Positions 11,601 to 23,392 of a DNA stretch of 64,000 bases are shown here, piece after piece (the stretch's first letter is position 1; every line of letters begins with the position of its first letter). A model generated the notes under the pieces. The model saw only the letters and a program-made list of their open reading frames with translations. It had not been told where the DNA came from and did no database searches. A program made the translations under genes and the position numbers. The DNA comes from Centroscyllium fabricii. Taxonomy: Eukaryota. The stretch covers positions 319,858,001-319,922,000 of the forward strand of contig JBNRSN020000002.1 in assembly GCA_051313645.2 (NCBI GenBank), given 5' to 3'.

Positions 11601-13543
11601 AGGAGGTTATACTGCGGAGGTTCTGGTGGGATACTCTGGAAGAAGACACCCGGGAGTTTGTCAACGCCTGCTCAGTCTGCAACCAACACAAGCCGTCTCA
11701 TCGGGCTCCCGCTGGTCTTCTGCAACCTCTGCCGGTGCCACATCGTCCTTGGTCCCACATATCCTTGGACTTTGTTACCGGTCTGCCTCCATCCAAGGGA
11801 CTAACCACTATCCTGACAGTGGTGGACCGATTCAGCAAGATGGCTCATTTCATACCTCTGCCTAAATTGCCCTCGGCGAAGGAGACGGCTGAACTTATGC
11901 TGCAACATGTTTTCCGTCTTCATGGTCTTCCTGTCGACGTAGTCTCTGATCGGGGTCCACAGTTTACGTCAGTATTCTGGAGGGAGTTCTGCAGTCTGAT
12001 CGGGGCCACAGTCAGTCTGTCTTCGGGTTTTCATCCGCAGTCCAACGGGCAGTCTGAACGCATGAATCAGGAGATGGAGAAGGCTCTACGATGTATGGTC
12101 TCCCAGAATCCCTCTTCCTGGTCCCAGTTACTCCTGTGGGTAGAGTACGCCCACAACACCCTGACCAGTTCCGCCACCGGACTCTCCCCGTTCCAGTGCG
12201 CCTATGGGTTCCAGCCCCCATTGTTTCCGGACCTGGAGAGGGAGGTTTCCTGTCCGTCCGTCCAGTCATTTATTCATCGTTGTCGCCGGACATGGGACCA
12301 GGCACGGACTTCGTTGCTTCGCTCAGCGGACCGCTACTCTGCTGCTACCAACCGTCGTCGCTCGGAGGCTCCTAACTATCAGGCTGGTCAGAAGGTGTGG
12401 CTCTCCACTAAGGACCTGCCCCTCCAGGTGGAGTCTAAGAAGCTAGCTCCCAGGTTTATCGGTCCCTTCGAGATCCAGAGGGTCATCAACCCAGCGGCAG
12501 TGAGACTCAAGCTTCCTCGATCCATACGGGTTCATCCCACTTTTCATGTGTCACGGGTCAAACCAGCACGAGAGAGTACATTGGTGCCTGTTGCCACGCC
12601 CCCTCCGCCTCCTCGTATGCTCGACGGGGGGTTGGTCTACACTGTTCGCCGCCTACTTCGCTCCCGTCGCCGAGGGAGAGGACTTCAGTACCTGGTGGAC
12701 TGGGAGGTGTATGGACCAGAGGAGAGGTCCTGGGTTCCTGCTCGTCACATTGTTGATCCTCAGCTTATGGCCGACTTCCACAGAAGGCATCCCGACCAGC
12801 CGAGTAGGAGGACTGCGCTCCCTGGGGAGCCTGCGCAAGGGCCCAGTTCCGTGCATCCTCCTGAAACCCTGGACGAGGAGGTGCAATCCTCTGATGAGGA
12901 GAATTCCCTTCATTCTAGTGATGAAATGGACATGGATGAGGGTCCCGAGGAATATTAGTCCCTCCTCCGCACCCCTCCGCCCACCCGACTCCGCCATTTG
13001 GGGTTTGGGACGTCGGGAGCCGTCCCTTGAGGGGGGGGTTCTGTCATAGGTTGGTTCTTCCCCTTTAACTCTTAGGTTGGCTCTTCCCCTTTAACTGGTT
13101 ATCACCTCGTTAGCTCTACTGCCTGCACCTGATTGAACAGCCCAGATTCACCAGTGGTAATCAAGAGCAGTATATAAGCTCCTACTTTCCACCTAGAGGT
13201 TGCCAGATCATTATTCTTTCTGAATGTGATACCTGTGTTTAGTTCCTAGCTCTCTGATCCTGTCTGTTCGGGATACTGACCTGCTTACTGGAAATTTGGA
13301 TTCTCTTCTGCCTGAACTCTGTTTTGGATTTGTCGCTCCCGTGGACGGACTACCCGGTATTGTACTGTTTCTGAATTTGGATTCTCTTCTGCCTGAACTC
13401 TGTTTTGGACTTGTTGCCTCCGTGAACTTTCTGCCGTTATTGACCTACTGTTTCCTATGTCTTTTACTGCTCAGAAATAAAGGAGTTTACTTCTACGTAT
13501 GTTTTCGGTGTATTGCATTTGGGCCCAACCTACAACCGTTCCA
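8623..13543 (+). mobile_element. Ty3/Gypsy chromovirus (Tf1/sushi group), with deletions removing the 5'LTR end, PBS and most of gag
   Basis: 5'LTR 8623-~9105 (truncated), 3'LTR 13042-13543, polypurine tract GAGGGGGGGG before 13042, 5-bp TSD ACTTT (8618-8622/13544-13548), CCHC knuckle [14 protein letters not shown]. Confidence 0.95.
9442..12958 (+). pseudogene. Gypsy Pol: protease, RT, RNase H, integrase, chromodomain; one frameshift from a 34-bp insertion at 10248-10281
   Basis: [49 protein letters not shown], chromodomain [17 protein letters not shown]. Confidence 0.95.
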
Positions 13544-15634
13544 ACTTTACAACTTCCAAAAAATATATATTCCACTGAGAAGAAAAGGGTGTAAAAGAAA
13601 AGACAGCCATCCGTGGCTAAGTAACGAAATTAAGGATAGTATTCGACAAAAAACAAGGGCTTATAAGGTAGCCAAAACTAGTGGGAGGGTGGAGGATTGG
13701 GTAAAATTTAAAAGACAGCAAAAAACAACAAAAGGATTGATTAAGAAAGGGAAGATAGATTATGAAAGTAAATTAGCAAAAAATTTAAAAACAGATAGTA
13801 AGAGTTTCTATAGTTATATAAAAAGAAAAAGGGTGGCTAAAGTAAATGTAGGTCCCTTAGAGGATGAGACTGGGAAATTAATGGTGAGAAATATGGAGAT
13901 GGCAAAAACACTAAATGAATATTTTGTATCAGTCTTTACAGCAGAGGACACTAAGAATATCCCAACACTAGACAAACAGGGGACTATGGGGGGGCAGGAG
14001 CTAAAGATGATCAAAATCACTAAGGAAGTGGTACTCGGTAAAATAATGGGGCTCAAGGCAGATAAATCACCTGGACCTGATGGCTTACATCCTAGGGTCT
14101 TGAGGGAAGTGGCGGTAGGCATTGTGGATGCATTGGTAATCATTTTCCAAAACTCCCTGGACTCAGCAAAGGTCCCAGCAGACTGGAAAACTGCTAATGT
14201 AACACCCTTATTTAAAAAAGACAGTAGACAGAAGGCTGGAAACTATAGACCGGTTAGCCGAACATCTGTCGTGGGTAAAATTTTGGAGTCCATTATTAAG
14301 GAGACAGTAACAGGACATTTGGATAAACATAATTTAATAGGACAAAGTCAGCATGGTTTTATGAAGGGGAAGTCTTGTTTGACAAATTTGTTGGAGTTCT
14401 TTGAGGAAGTAACATATAGGGTGGATAAAGGGGAACCAGTGGACGTAGTGTATTTAGACTTTCAAAAGGCATTTGACAAGGTGCCACACAAAAGATTATT
14501 GCTTAAAATAAAAAATCACAGAATTGGGGGTAATATTCTGGCATGGATAGAGGATTGGCTATCTAACAGAAAGCAGAGAGTTGGGATAAATGGCTCATTC
14601 TCAGACTGGCAATCGGTAACTAGTGGTGTTCCACAAGGGTCAGTGCTGGGTCCCCAGCTCTTTACAATCTATATGAACGATTTGGAGGAGGGGGCCGTGT
14701 GTAACATATCAAAGTTTGCAGATGATACTAAGATGGGAGGGAAAGTGGTGAGTGAGGAGGACATAAAAAACCTGCAAGGGGACATAGACAGGCTAAGTAA
14801 GTGGGCGGAGATTTGGCAGATGGAATACAATACTGCAAAGTGTGAGGTTATGCACTTTGGCAGGAAGAATCGTAGAGCAAGTTATTATCTTAATGGCAAG
14901 AAACTGGAAAGTACTGTAGTGCAAAGGGATCTGGGGGTTCTGGTGCACGAAACTCAAAAGGTTAGTATGCAGGTGCAGCAAGTGATCAAGAAGGCTAATG
15001 GAATGTTGGCTTTCATTGCTAGGGGTATAGAATATAAAAATAGGGAGGTATTGCTTCAGTTGTACAAGGTATTGGTGAGACCGCACCTGGAATACTGCAT
15101 ACAGTTTTGGTGTCCATACTTAAGAAAGGACATACTTGCTCTCGCGTCAGTACAAAGAAGGTTCACTCGGTTAATCCCAGGGATGAGAGGTTGGACATAT
15201 GAGGAGAGGTTGAGCAGATTGGGACTCTACTCATTGGAGTTCTGAAGAATCAGGGGTGATCTTGTTGAAACATATAAGATTGTGAAGGGTTTGGATCGGG
15301 TGGACGCGGGGAGGATGTTCCCAATGATGGGTGAAACTAGAACTAGGGGGCATAATCTTAGAATAAGGGGCTGCTCTTTCAAAACCGAGATGAGGAGAAA
15401 CTACTTCACTCAAAGGGTGGTAGGTCCATGGAACATGCTGCCCCCAAAAGCTGTAGAAGCTACTTCATTACATAAATTTAAAACCGAAATAGACAGCTTC
15501 CTAGAAGTAAAAGGGATTAAGGGTTATGGGGAGCGGGCAGGAATTTGGACATGAGTCTAGGTTCAGATCGGTCATGGCCCTGTGGGTAGTGGAGTGGGCC
15601 CAGGGAACATGTAGCCTGATCCTGCTCCTATTTC

Positions 15635-16193
15635 ATAGCAACATAGAAGATAGGAGCAGGAGTAGGCCATTCGGCCCTTCGAGCCTGCTCCGCCATTCAA
15701 TGAGATCATGGCTGATCATCCAAACCCGGTACCCTGTACCTGCTTTGTCCCTATATCCCTCTCGAGCCTACACCGACACATATCCCACCCTATCCCCGTA
15801 ACATAGAAACATAGAAACTAGGAGCAGGAGTAAGCCATTCAGCCCTTCGAGCCTGCTCCGCCATTCAATAAGATCATGGCTGATCACCCAAACCCAGCAC
15901 CCCGCCCCTGCCCTCTCCCCATATCCCTCGATCCCTATCGAGCCTCCATCGACACATATCCCACCCTATCCCCAGAACCTCACATATACAATCCCCCTAA
16001 CACTAAGGGTCAATTTATCATGGCCAATCAACCTAACCCGCACATCTTTGGACTGTGGGAGGAAACCGGAGCACCCGGAGGAAACCCACGCAGACACGGG
16101 GAGAATGTGCAAACTCCACACAGATAGTACCCGAGGCTGGATTTGAACTCGGGTCTCCAGTGCTGTGAGACAACAGTGCTAACCACTGTGCCA
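15635..16193 (-). mobile_element. HE1-type tRNA/V-SINE plus a second 5'-truncated monomer, inside the CR1 3'UTR
   Basis: A box TGGCACAGTGG, B box GAGTTCAAATCC, V-domain GTGTGGAGTTTGCACATTCTCCCCGTGTCTGCGTGGGTTTCCTCC; CR1-type tails; absent from CR1 copy 2. Confidence 0.9.
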
Positions 16194-16679
16194 TGTGTCT
16201 AATTCTGTTAGATTCAGGAGATGGTTCTGTGATAGTAGATTGGTGGTTAGGATCAGATCAGCCATGATCTTATTGAATGGTGGAGCAGGCTCGAGGGGCC
16301 GATTGGTCTACTCCTGCTCCTATTTCTTATGTTCTTATGAGACATAATCTTGTGTAATAATCTTTTATGTGGCACCTTATCGAATGCCTTTTGGAAATCC
16401 AAATATACTACATCCACTGGTTCCCCTTTATCCAATAAATTTGTCAAACACGATTTCCCTTTCATAAAACCTTGCTGACTCTGCCTAATCATGTTATGAT
16501 TTTCTAAGTGACTTGATACCACTTCCTTACCAATGGGTCCAGCATTTGTCCGATGACTGATGTCCTGCTAACTGGCCTGTATTTCCCTGTTTTATCTCTG
16601 CCTCCTTTCTTGAATAGTGATGTTACATTTGCAGCCTTCCAATTCACTGGGACCATTCCAGAATCTAGGGAATACTGTT

Positions 16680-16960
16680 CTCATTGGTGGAAGGGTCGAG
16701 AACCAGAGGACACAGATTTAAGGTGACACGAGGAAAAACTTTTTTACGCAGCGAGTGGTTAGGTTCTGGAATACACTGCCTGAAAGGGTTGTGGAGGCAG
16801 ATTCAATCATGACTTTCAAGGAAATTGTACAATTACATGAAGGAAAAAGATTAGCAGGGTTATGGGGAAAGATCAGGGGCATGGGACTAGCTAGAGAACC
16901 GGCATGAGCTCGACAGGCTGAATGGCCTCCTCCTGCACTGTAACCATTCTATGTTTCTAT
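16680..16960 (+). mobile_element. Short CR1 3' fragment
   Basis: FFTQRVVRFWNTLPERVVEA-type sequence and TTCTATGTTTCTAT tail. Confidence 0.8.
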
Positions 16961-17137
16961 ATAAAGTCTTTCATTCTTACTTAGAGGGAATGGTTAGATA
17001 CAAAAGCACTTTTTGAAATAATACATGAGATTGATATTTGAGAAAAAAATAAAAAGCTGGAGAGATAATTAAATGGAAATTGCTCTAATTTATCTAATAT
17101 TGCTTTTAAAACATCACCAGTATGAAAAATAACTTAC

Positions 17138-19373
17138 GACACGTGTCTTTTAGTTTCTGTGGGTAAAATATTCCAGTGCCCATAATTCTCTCTATGAGCC
17201 ATTCATGGGTTACACCTGCAAATAACATTTTATAATCTTCATCAGTTATAACACGTCTCTCAAATGCCTGGTTCTTTCTTGAAAGAAACACAAAGGAGCT
17301 GCTGCTTGAACTCGCTGCTGGACTCACATAGTCCAATTCTGAGCCACTGCTTGAAAAAAAAGGTGATTTGTACCAGGATGTAAAGGAGGTGTTGGAGTTC
17401 TGGCTGCTGTTAAGAGGCTGGTTACTCAAGCTGTCACCTCCATTTTCACCTTCTGTTGGTGACACTTTGTTGCACCCTTTGTCAGATTCCTTGTTGGGTA
17501 GCAAACATTGAGTCGAACTATTCTTCCTAAGGATTGCACCATGATTATGTGTCTCTTGTTTCTTGTTTTCATTTGGATGTTCATGTACAATCTCAGAAGC
17601 TCCTCCGGTAGTTGGAAAATTATTGCTTTCTTCTGTGCCATCAACAGTCTCTGCTGTAGGGTCAATGTCTATCATTTCAAATGACCCACTTTCCTCTGAT
17701 AAAGACAGGCTTTTCTTCGTAAAACTCATTAAATTATTGCTGCCAATTGAGGTAGGCTTTGCAGCATTTGAACCTGGCTGCAAACAAGAGGATTTGGCCT
17801 GGCCATATTCACTTGTGACTGGAAGCATCTTGTTCACATCATCTTGTATGTCATCAGCTGTCTCAGCATCAGAGTCAACTATCTCAAAGGAGCCACTCTC
17901 TCCTGGAGAAGAGGAGGTAATTTTTCTAATGTTCTCTGCATCTGAATGAGCTGTTGAAGTTTGATATGCAGTTCTACAAGTTGGATCTGAGGTAGAGTAA
18001 GGACTTTGATCATGTCCAGGGGTCTTTATATAACTGTCTGTTATGTTATCCCCTTCATTGTCATCAGCAGTCTCGCCATCAGGGTCAACCATTTTGAATG
18101 ACCTGTGCTCTTCTGAGGATGAAAATGAAGGAGTTTTCTTCCTCATATTGCCTGGATTACCATCAGTGTTTGAAGTGGCTGAAGAATCTTTAACTTGTGT
18201 ATACTGTAGGGACAACTGATGCATTGCTGGAATGATGGACTGTAAAGTACTATTATTTAAATTACAATCTTTGCTCTCCATATTGTGACCTCTCTGCTGA
18301 TGCACTCTGACTTCATCAGTTAAGATTGTTGAGCATTCTGTGTCCACAGTGAGCAGATATGGTTTCCTTCCATCCTCGGGTAGCTCATTGCCTTTGCTGC
18401 TGATCACTTCCTCCCAGATGCCAGAAGATCCTGACCCATATGCTTTGAACCAGGATTTCAAGGAGGAGCTGGAGCCATGGCTGTTGCTCAGAGATTCTGT
18501 GCATCCTTTATCGGCGTTGCCCTTGCCCTCTGATGTTAAATCATCCAATTCTGTCTCAGCATCTGTTGACACATGTGATGGGTCATTTCTTAAACAGCCA
18601 TGGGGAACTCTACTGTATTTCAAAGAGTCTGCATTTTGTTTCTCTGATTTGCTTGCACTCGATAATTCAATGCTCCTGTACTGTAACCCTTCATTGTTTT
18701 TTCTCACTGTTGTCCCTTTTGGTAGAGGATGCTGAGGAAGATCATGGTCACTGGGGTGGGGTGTGCTTACTTTGGCATCAGCAGTATCAAATTCTTTTGT
18801 TTCGGTCTTGAAAGCAGTTATACAGGTATGTGCTGAGGTCTCTCTGCTACATTGTGGTCTTCTGCAAGTACTTTCAAATACTGTGCATATTGTTGTGTGA
18901 TACTGTTTGTGTCTTTCAAGGATTTCATCTAAGGTCATCCTTCCCTTTACTATCGGCTTATTCCAATAATGCTTATAGTGGTCTGGGACATAAGACTTAA
19001 CATCAGAATTGCAGAGATCTTTTATTTGCAAATTAACTTTGACTTGGCTGATCAGTTTCATGATTTCCTGTGCCAAAGTTTCCTGGGTTTGAGTGCTGTA
19101 CAGGTACAATTTTTCCATTGCTTCTTTACATATTTGTCTTGTCTCTGTAAGATTTTCACTGTTATCCGTGAGCCACTTGTGCACCGTTGTAAGAGAGAAG
19201 GCTGCTTTAACAAACCCATGCAGTTCTTGCTTACTTGTTATCACTTCACCATCTTTCATGGTAGAGAGAGCTATTTCAAAGGCCTCCTTTGCTTGTGAAA
19301 GGTAGAATTGTCTTTCTTCCTCTGACCTTTCCTTCTTAAAACTATATGAAAGGAGACATGTTCCATAAATGTT
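17138..19373 (-). CDS. ALPK1: ALPK1 large exon (end of ADP-heptose-binding domain, Ser/acidic linker, start of kinase region); 2236 nt, phase 0 to 1
   Basis: NIYGTCLLSYS..AKEAFEI..KQELHGFVKAAFSLTTVH..CKEAMEKLY..SYVP..CITAFKTE..VDTECST..AGVTHEWL..TGIF match recalled human ALPK1. Acceptor ttcttcctccccag at 19374; donor gtaagt at 17137. Confidence 0.95.
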
Positions 19374-19559
19374 CTGGGGAGGAAGAAATAAAGAGTTGCA
19401 GTTACAGCGATCTACTTCAAACTTTGATAATAGGTAAGGACACTTATTCCCCAGTAACAATATCAATGGCTTAAATATGGTAGCTGATTGCACTGGAAAT
19501 ACTCACATCATTAACTAGGTCAAAGGCAGCAAATACAGCATACTAAATTGCAAGAAGTA

Positions 19560-20145
19560 CAGGTTCACAATCCCTTACCTGAAACCCTTGGGGCCAGATG
19601 TGTTTCGGATTTTGGAATTTTTCGGATTTCGGAACGGTATCTGCAGCTGTTACCCATTGAAAGAAATGGTGAGTTCAGAACCCGACATACTTACCTGGCA
19701 TGATCACTGAGCGACGAGAACCTCGTGGAAAACTTGGCAAAATGCTTTGGAACTGGAAAAATGTGGATTTAATTACTTTAAACACCCTCCTAACAAGCAC
19801 AATTCAATGACTTGTCGCATAGAGTGCCGTGTCTGCAAAGCGCAGGCAGAAACGGCACTTGCGAAATTGACAAGGAGGCGGGCTCAGAGCGGGTTACCGG
19901 CTCGCTTTCAATCTTTGTGATTTTGACAGCGGCCCCATCTCCAAACCTGCCCTCTGAACACCGGCAAAAATCAGCGTTAGGGCTATTACCATTCTTGTGC
20001 ATTGTTTAGATATCATAATTAAAGCTTCGAGTAGGAAGTAATTCTTCATTCAACCCATTCAGGTCATGTGACACTCCACGAAAAAAACTTTCGGTTTTCA
20101 GAGCTTTTCGGAATTCGGAATTGCGGATAAGGGATTGTGTACCTG
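19560..20145. mobile_element. Tc1/mariner (Tigger-like) MITE
   Basis: Terminal inverted repeats (TIRs) CAGGTTCACAATCCCTTA / TAAGGGATTGTGTACCTG flanked by TA on both sides. Confidence 0.85.
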
Positions 20146-20149
20146 TACA

Positions 20150-20630
20150 ATAAATTGCTGTTTCACCTGCAATTTAGTATACTGTATTCGCTGCTCACGA
20201 TGCGGTCTCCTCTACATTGGGGAGACCAAACGCAGATTGCGTGACCACTTTGCGGAACTCCTCTGTTCAGTCCGTAAGCGTGACCCCGAACCTCCGGTCG
20301 CTTGTCACTTTAATTCTCCGCTCCACTCCTACTCTGATCTCTCTGCCCTCGGCCTCCTACATTGTTCCAACGAAGCTCAACGTAAACTCAAGAAACAGCA
20401 CCTCATCTTTCGATTAGGCACTTCACAGCCTTCTGGACTCAACATTGAGTTCAACAATTTCAGATCATAATCTCTGCCTCCATTTTTTTCAGATAGAATC
20501 AGCAACAGCTGCCGTCATTGGCATTTACACCTCTTCTAGACTCATCTTTTGTTTCTTTACTTGTCCCATTACCATCTCCTTTTGCTTTGTACAATCATAC
20601 CTTTTGTCATTTAATCACTCCTGCCTTCCA
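20150..20630 (+). mobile_element. Penelope-like element 3' fragment (GIY-YIG endonuclease)
   Basis: NLVYCIRCSRCGLLYIGETKRRL..VACHFNS..LIFRLGT..PSGLN in ORF 20135..20470. Confidence 0.9.
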
Positions 20631-21540
20631 CCTAAAGTTGAGGGTGGAAGAGACAGGAGAGAGGTGTTTGAGAATACGTTTGTAGTAGAGAAAAGAAGCC
20701 GCAGGTTATCTTTGCATTCCAGAATCATCCTGGAATAGTGAACAGTTTTGGCAGATGAGACAAGGGCCTGATAGTGCTTTATGTAGTCCAACCAGATCTG
20801 GTGATCAATGGCTAAACCAGTTTTTCACCATATATGCTTAAGTCTGCGTCCTTTGCAGTTAAGGGAGTGGAGATGAGGACTGTACATGGGGGAATGACCA
20901 GGGTGAGAGAAAGCAATGGTTTTAATGGGGTCTAGGGCATCAAAGGTAGAGGTGAAGGTGCGGTTGAGCAGATCGGTAACTGCAGAAATGTCTAAGCGAA
21001 TGGAGGGCCAAAGGCTAGACTGTTGCGACTTTGAAAGTGCGGATGTAAGTGAATTGGGAGAGCGTTTTTTCTGGGATGTACACAGAAGGAAGTAGGGCTG
21101 GGAGGGGCCATGGGATGTGGGTGGAGAGCTATACAAGGAAGTGATTAGAGAAGGCCTTATCTGTGATTGACACGATGGGAGCAGCGAGGCATTGTGAGAT
21201 GGTAAGGTCAAGGGGATGGCCATGAATATGAGTAGGGGAGTTTATATGGTTTATATGCGTGATTAAGGGAGGACAAGAGGGCAGTGAACTCAGAGGAGAG
21301 CGTCGCTCGATGCAGAGACTGAGAGAGGAAATCAGTGAAGATATCTCATTGAGAAAATTGGCATGGTACTTGGGTTGACAGTAGAGAACGAGGATTTTAA
21401 ATGAGAGACGAAAGGGGTGGAACAAGATGAGATGTTTAAAGGAGGAGAAGGTGCCAGAGGAGTAGGGGAACAGACCAAGGTGTGATTTGGTGATAAGAGC
21501 CACATCGCCACTGTGGCAGTTTGGGCGGAGCAAGTGCTGG
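20630..21540 (-). mobile_element. L2-like LINE fragment (APE endonuclease region), degenerate
   Basis: GDVALI and PTHIHGHPLDL..ITDKAFSNHFLV motifs (ORFs 21129..21557, 20825..21223). Confidence 0.75.
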
Positions 21541-21547
21541 AAGGTAT

Positions 21548-21780
21548 ACAAAAGCAAAATACTGCGGAGCTGGAAATCTGAAATAAAAGCAGAAAATGTT
21601 GGAAATACTCAACAGGTCAGGCAGCATTTGTGGAGAGAGAAACTGAGCTCACATTTCAGGTTATTGATCCTTCGTCAGAACTGGAAGGTGATGAAAGCTC
21701 ATCGACCTGAATTGTTAACTCTGTTTCTATCCACAGATGCTGCCTGACCTGCTGAGTATTTCCAACATTTCCTGCTGTTA
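21548..21780. mobile_element. Inverted pair of Penelope terminal-repeat fragments with minimal hammerhead cores
   Basis: Arms AAATGTTGGAAATACTCAACAGGTCAGGCAGCAT / ATGCTGCCTGACCTGCTGAGTATTTCCAACATTT; minus-strand CTGACGA-AGG..CCT-GAAA core. Confidence 0.75.
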
Positions 21781-22431
21781 TCTAAACTAGTTATACTTGT
21801 TTCATCAAGCAACTCACCTTGCAACATTTTATTATTTGCAATGCTTTATCACAAATATTACAGAAAAGATAGAAAACCAAATTATAGACATCAACACACT
21901 CTTATAATGAGTAAAACTCAAAGTTATTGATAGCTTACACCATATATAGACATAGATAGACAGTACCCACAATCAAAAACCTTCCAATTCAATTAACCTA
22001 CGACAAGTAGCATTTATTGTGAACAAAAACTAATTTTGTTGCATGAAGGATTTGTTCCACATTACAAAACCACATGGCTGAATATATTGGGAATGCAAGT
22101 GCAAACAACTGAATTCATAATGGCCACCATTAAACGAGATCAGATTTCCAGAGGCGACAATACATAAAATGATTCTGGTTAATAAAAGCTTTTGTAAATT
22201 ATTAACACATTTAAATAATCCAGTAACAGTTTTCAAGCACTAAAGCACTATTAAAGAACGCTCCATCTATACCTGAGCTGTGTTTTCTTTTCAGGGTTCA
22301 TTTCCTCTGGTCAAAGTTCAAAATGTTGTCACGTGAAAGCAATTTAGGTGGACTTAAAAATAAAGGCCCGCCCTCTATTTGGCAAGTGAATTAAAATAGA
22401 GCTCCAGTCCTGCTACAGATCCCATACTCAC

Positions 22432-22536
22432 CAAGTTTGTCAGTACAAAGAGTGGGGTGTACTGACTGAGCACAGCAGCCAGTTTGCCTGCTTCAGCAGC
22501 TGACAAGAGTCGGTCAGTGCAATCTTCAACCAGAAT
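22432..22536 (-). CDS. ALPK1: ALPK1 internal exon (105 nt): [35 protein letters not shown]
   Basis: Matches recalled human [24 protein letters not shown]; acceptor tttctttctcag, donor gtgagt; phase 0/0. Confidence 0.93.
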
Positions 22537-22552
22537 CTGAGAAAGAAACAGA

Positions 22553-23392
22553 GGGGGTGATTTTCATTGAGAAGTCGGGAAGGAGGCGGGACTACAACTT
22601 TCGGGCGTGTAGTCCCACCTCCATCGAGATGCGGCCAATGCACGTGAATTTAACTTGATTGACCTGGTTGAGCCCACCCAGCGGGCTAAGCAGGCCAATT
22701 AAGGGCCACCCGGCAACAGGTGATGTCACAGACTGAAATTTCATCTGTCAAGACGCTTTGACAGATGAAATATCAGCGTTTCACAGCTGTTTGAAGCTAT
22801 CAAACACCGATAGTCTTACATCTAACCTGAGTCCTTCTACACAGACTCAGTTAGAAATCTCCCCTGCACAGAAAGCTGCAGGTTGTCACTTTTGATAGAT
22901 CACAGCCATTCTGCTTTCTGTGCCGGTGAGATGAGGCACTCCCGAAGCCTAAAGAAAGGCTGAAAAGGTAAGAAAAGGTATGTTAAACTTATTTAATCAC
23001 TTTAGACACACCAAACACACTTAACCTTTGCACTCCTGCACACATCACTCACCTGAACACTGACATTTTGACCCCTCCAAGTCCTTCAACCCGACGGCCC
23101 AACTCCTCTAACTTGGTGTGGTTTGGAGCCATCGGGAAACTCACACTTCAATGTTTAAAATAGGGATTAGGCTAAAACCTGCCTGTTAACTACCTGTTAA
23201 CAGGCAGTTAATTGGCACTAATCCCTTCCTGCCTCGGGTAGGCGGGTCCCAGTGTGGGGCGGGTGCCCGCCTCCTTTGAAACTGACATGGAGGCGGGTTG
23301 GGTGCAGGATGGTGACGAGATCCCCGAATTCGGGACTTTAACCCCCCGCACGCCTCCAATCCTGACTCCACGGGTCAATGAAAATCACGCCC
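22553..23392. mobile_element. PIF/Harbinger-type MITE (840 bp)
   Basis: TIRs GGGGGTGATTTTCATTGA / TCAATGAAAATCACGCCC; 3-bp TSD AGA. Confidence 0.88.

Larger units (their letters stand above)
7735..15554 (+). pseudogene. CR1 ORF2 (APE endonuclease + RT), disrupted
   Basis: YLNARS, AITETW, RGGGVA (APE); after the Gypsy insertion NYRPVS, QHGFMKGKSCLTNLL, GVPQGSVLGP, FADD; frameshifts and stops present. Confidence 0.92.
5749..16336 (+). mobile_element. Full-length CR1 LINE copy 1 (tandem-repeat 5'UTR, esterase ORF1, APE-RT ORF2), interrupted by a Gypsy element and SINEs
   Basis: Collinear with copy 2 (29281-35822). ATGAGA at both junctions (5743-5748/16337-16342). Tail TTCTTATGTTCTT. Confidence 0.92.
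3940..16680 (-). mobile_element. Old CR1 LINE acting as host (pieces 3940-4090, 4773-5748, 16337-16680)
   Basis: 3' tail at 3940. RT sequence is collinear across the solo LTR and the full-length CR1 insertion; compare the uninterrupted CCCCATGAGCCCTTATCTTG in the related copy at ~36847. Confidence 0.82.

Noticed and set aside
13296-13545. Hydrophobic N-terminus fused to the 649-aa RT ORF as a novel membrane-anchored RT
   Set aside because: It is chance read-through of 3'LTR sequence into the interrupted CR1 ORF2, starting from a non-ATG codon.
1-17100. ALPK1 kinase-domain exons
   Set aside because: No ALLLKYS-like or alpha-kinase exon was found by eye; the region is accounted for by transposons, so these exons probably lie beyond position 1.
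17106-19493. Single-exon 795-aa gene
   Set aside because: The first 40 and last ~10 codons are intronic; splice sites at 19373/17138 and homology show it is one ALPK1 exon.
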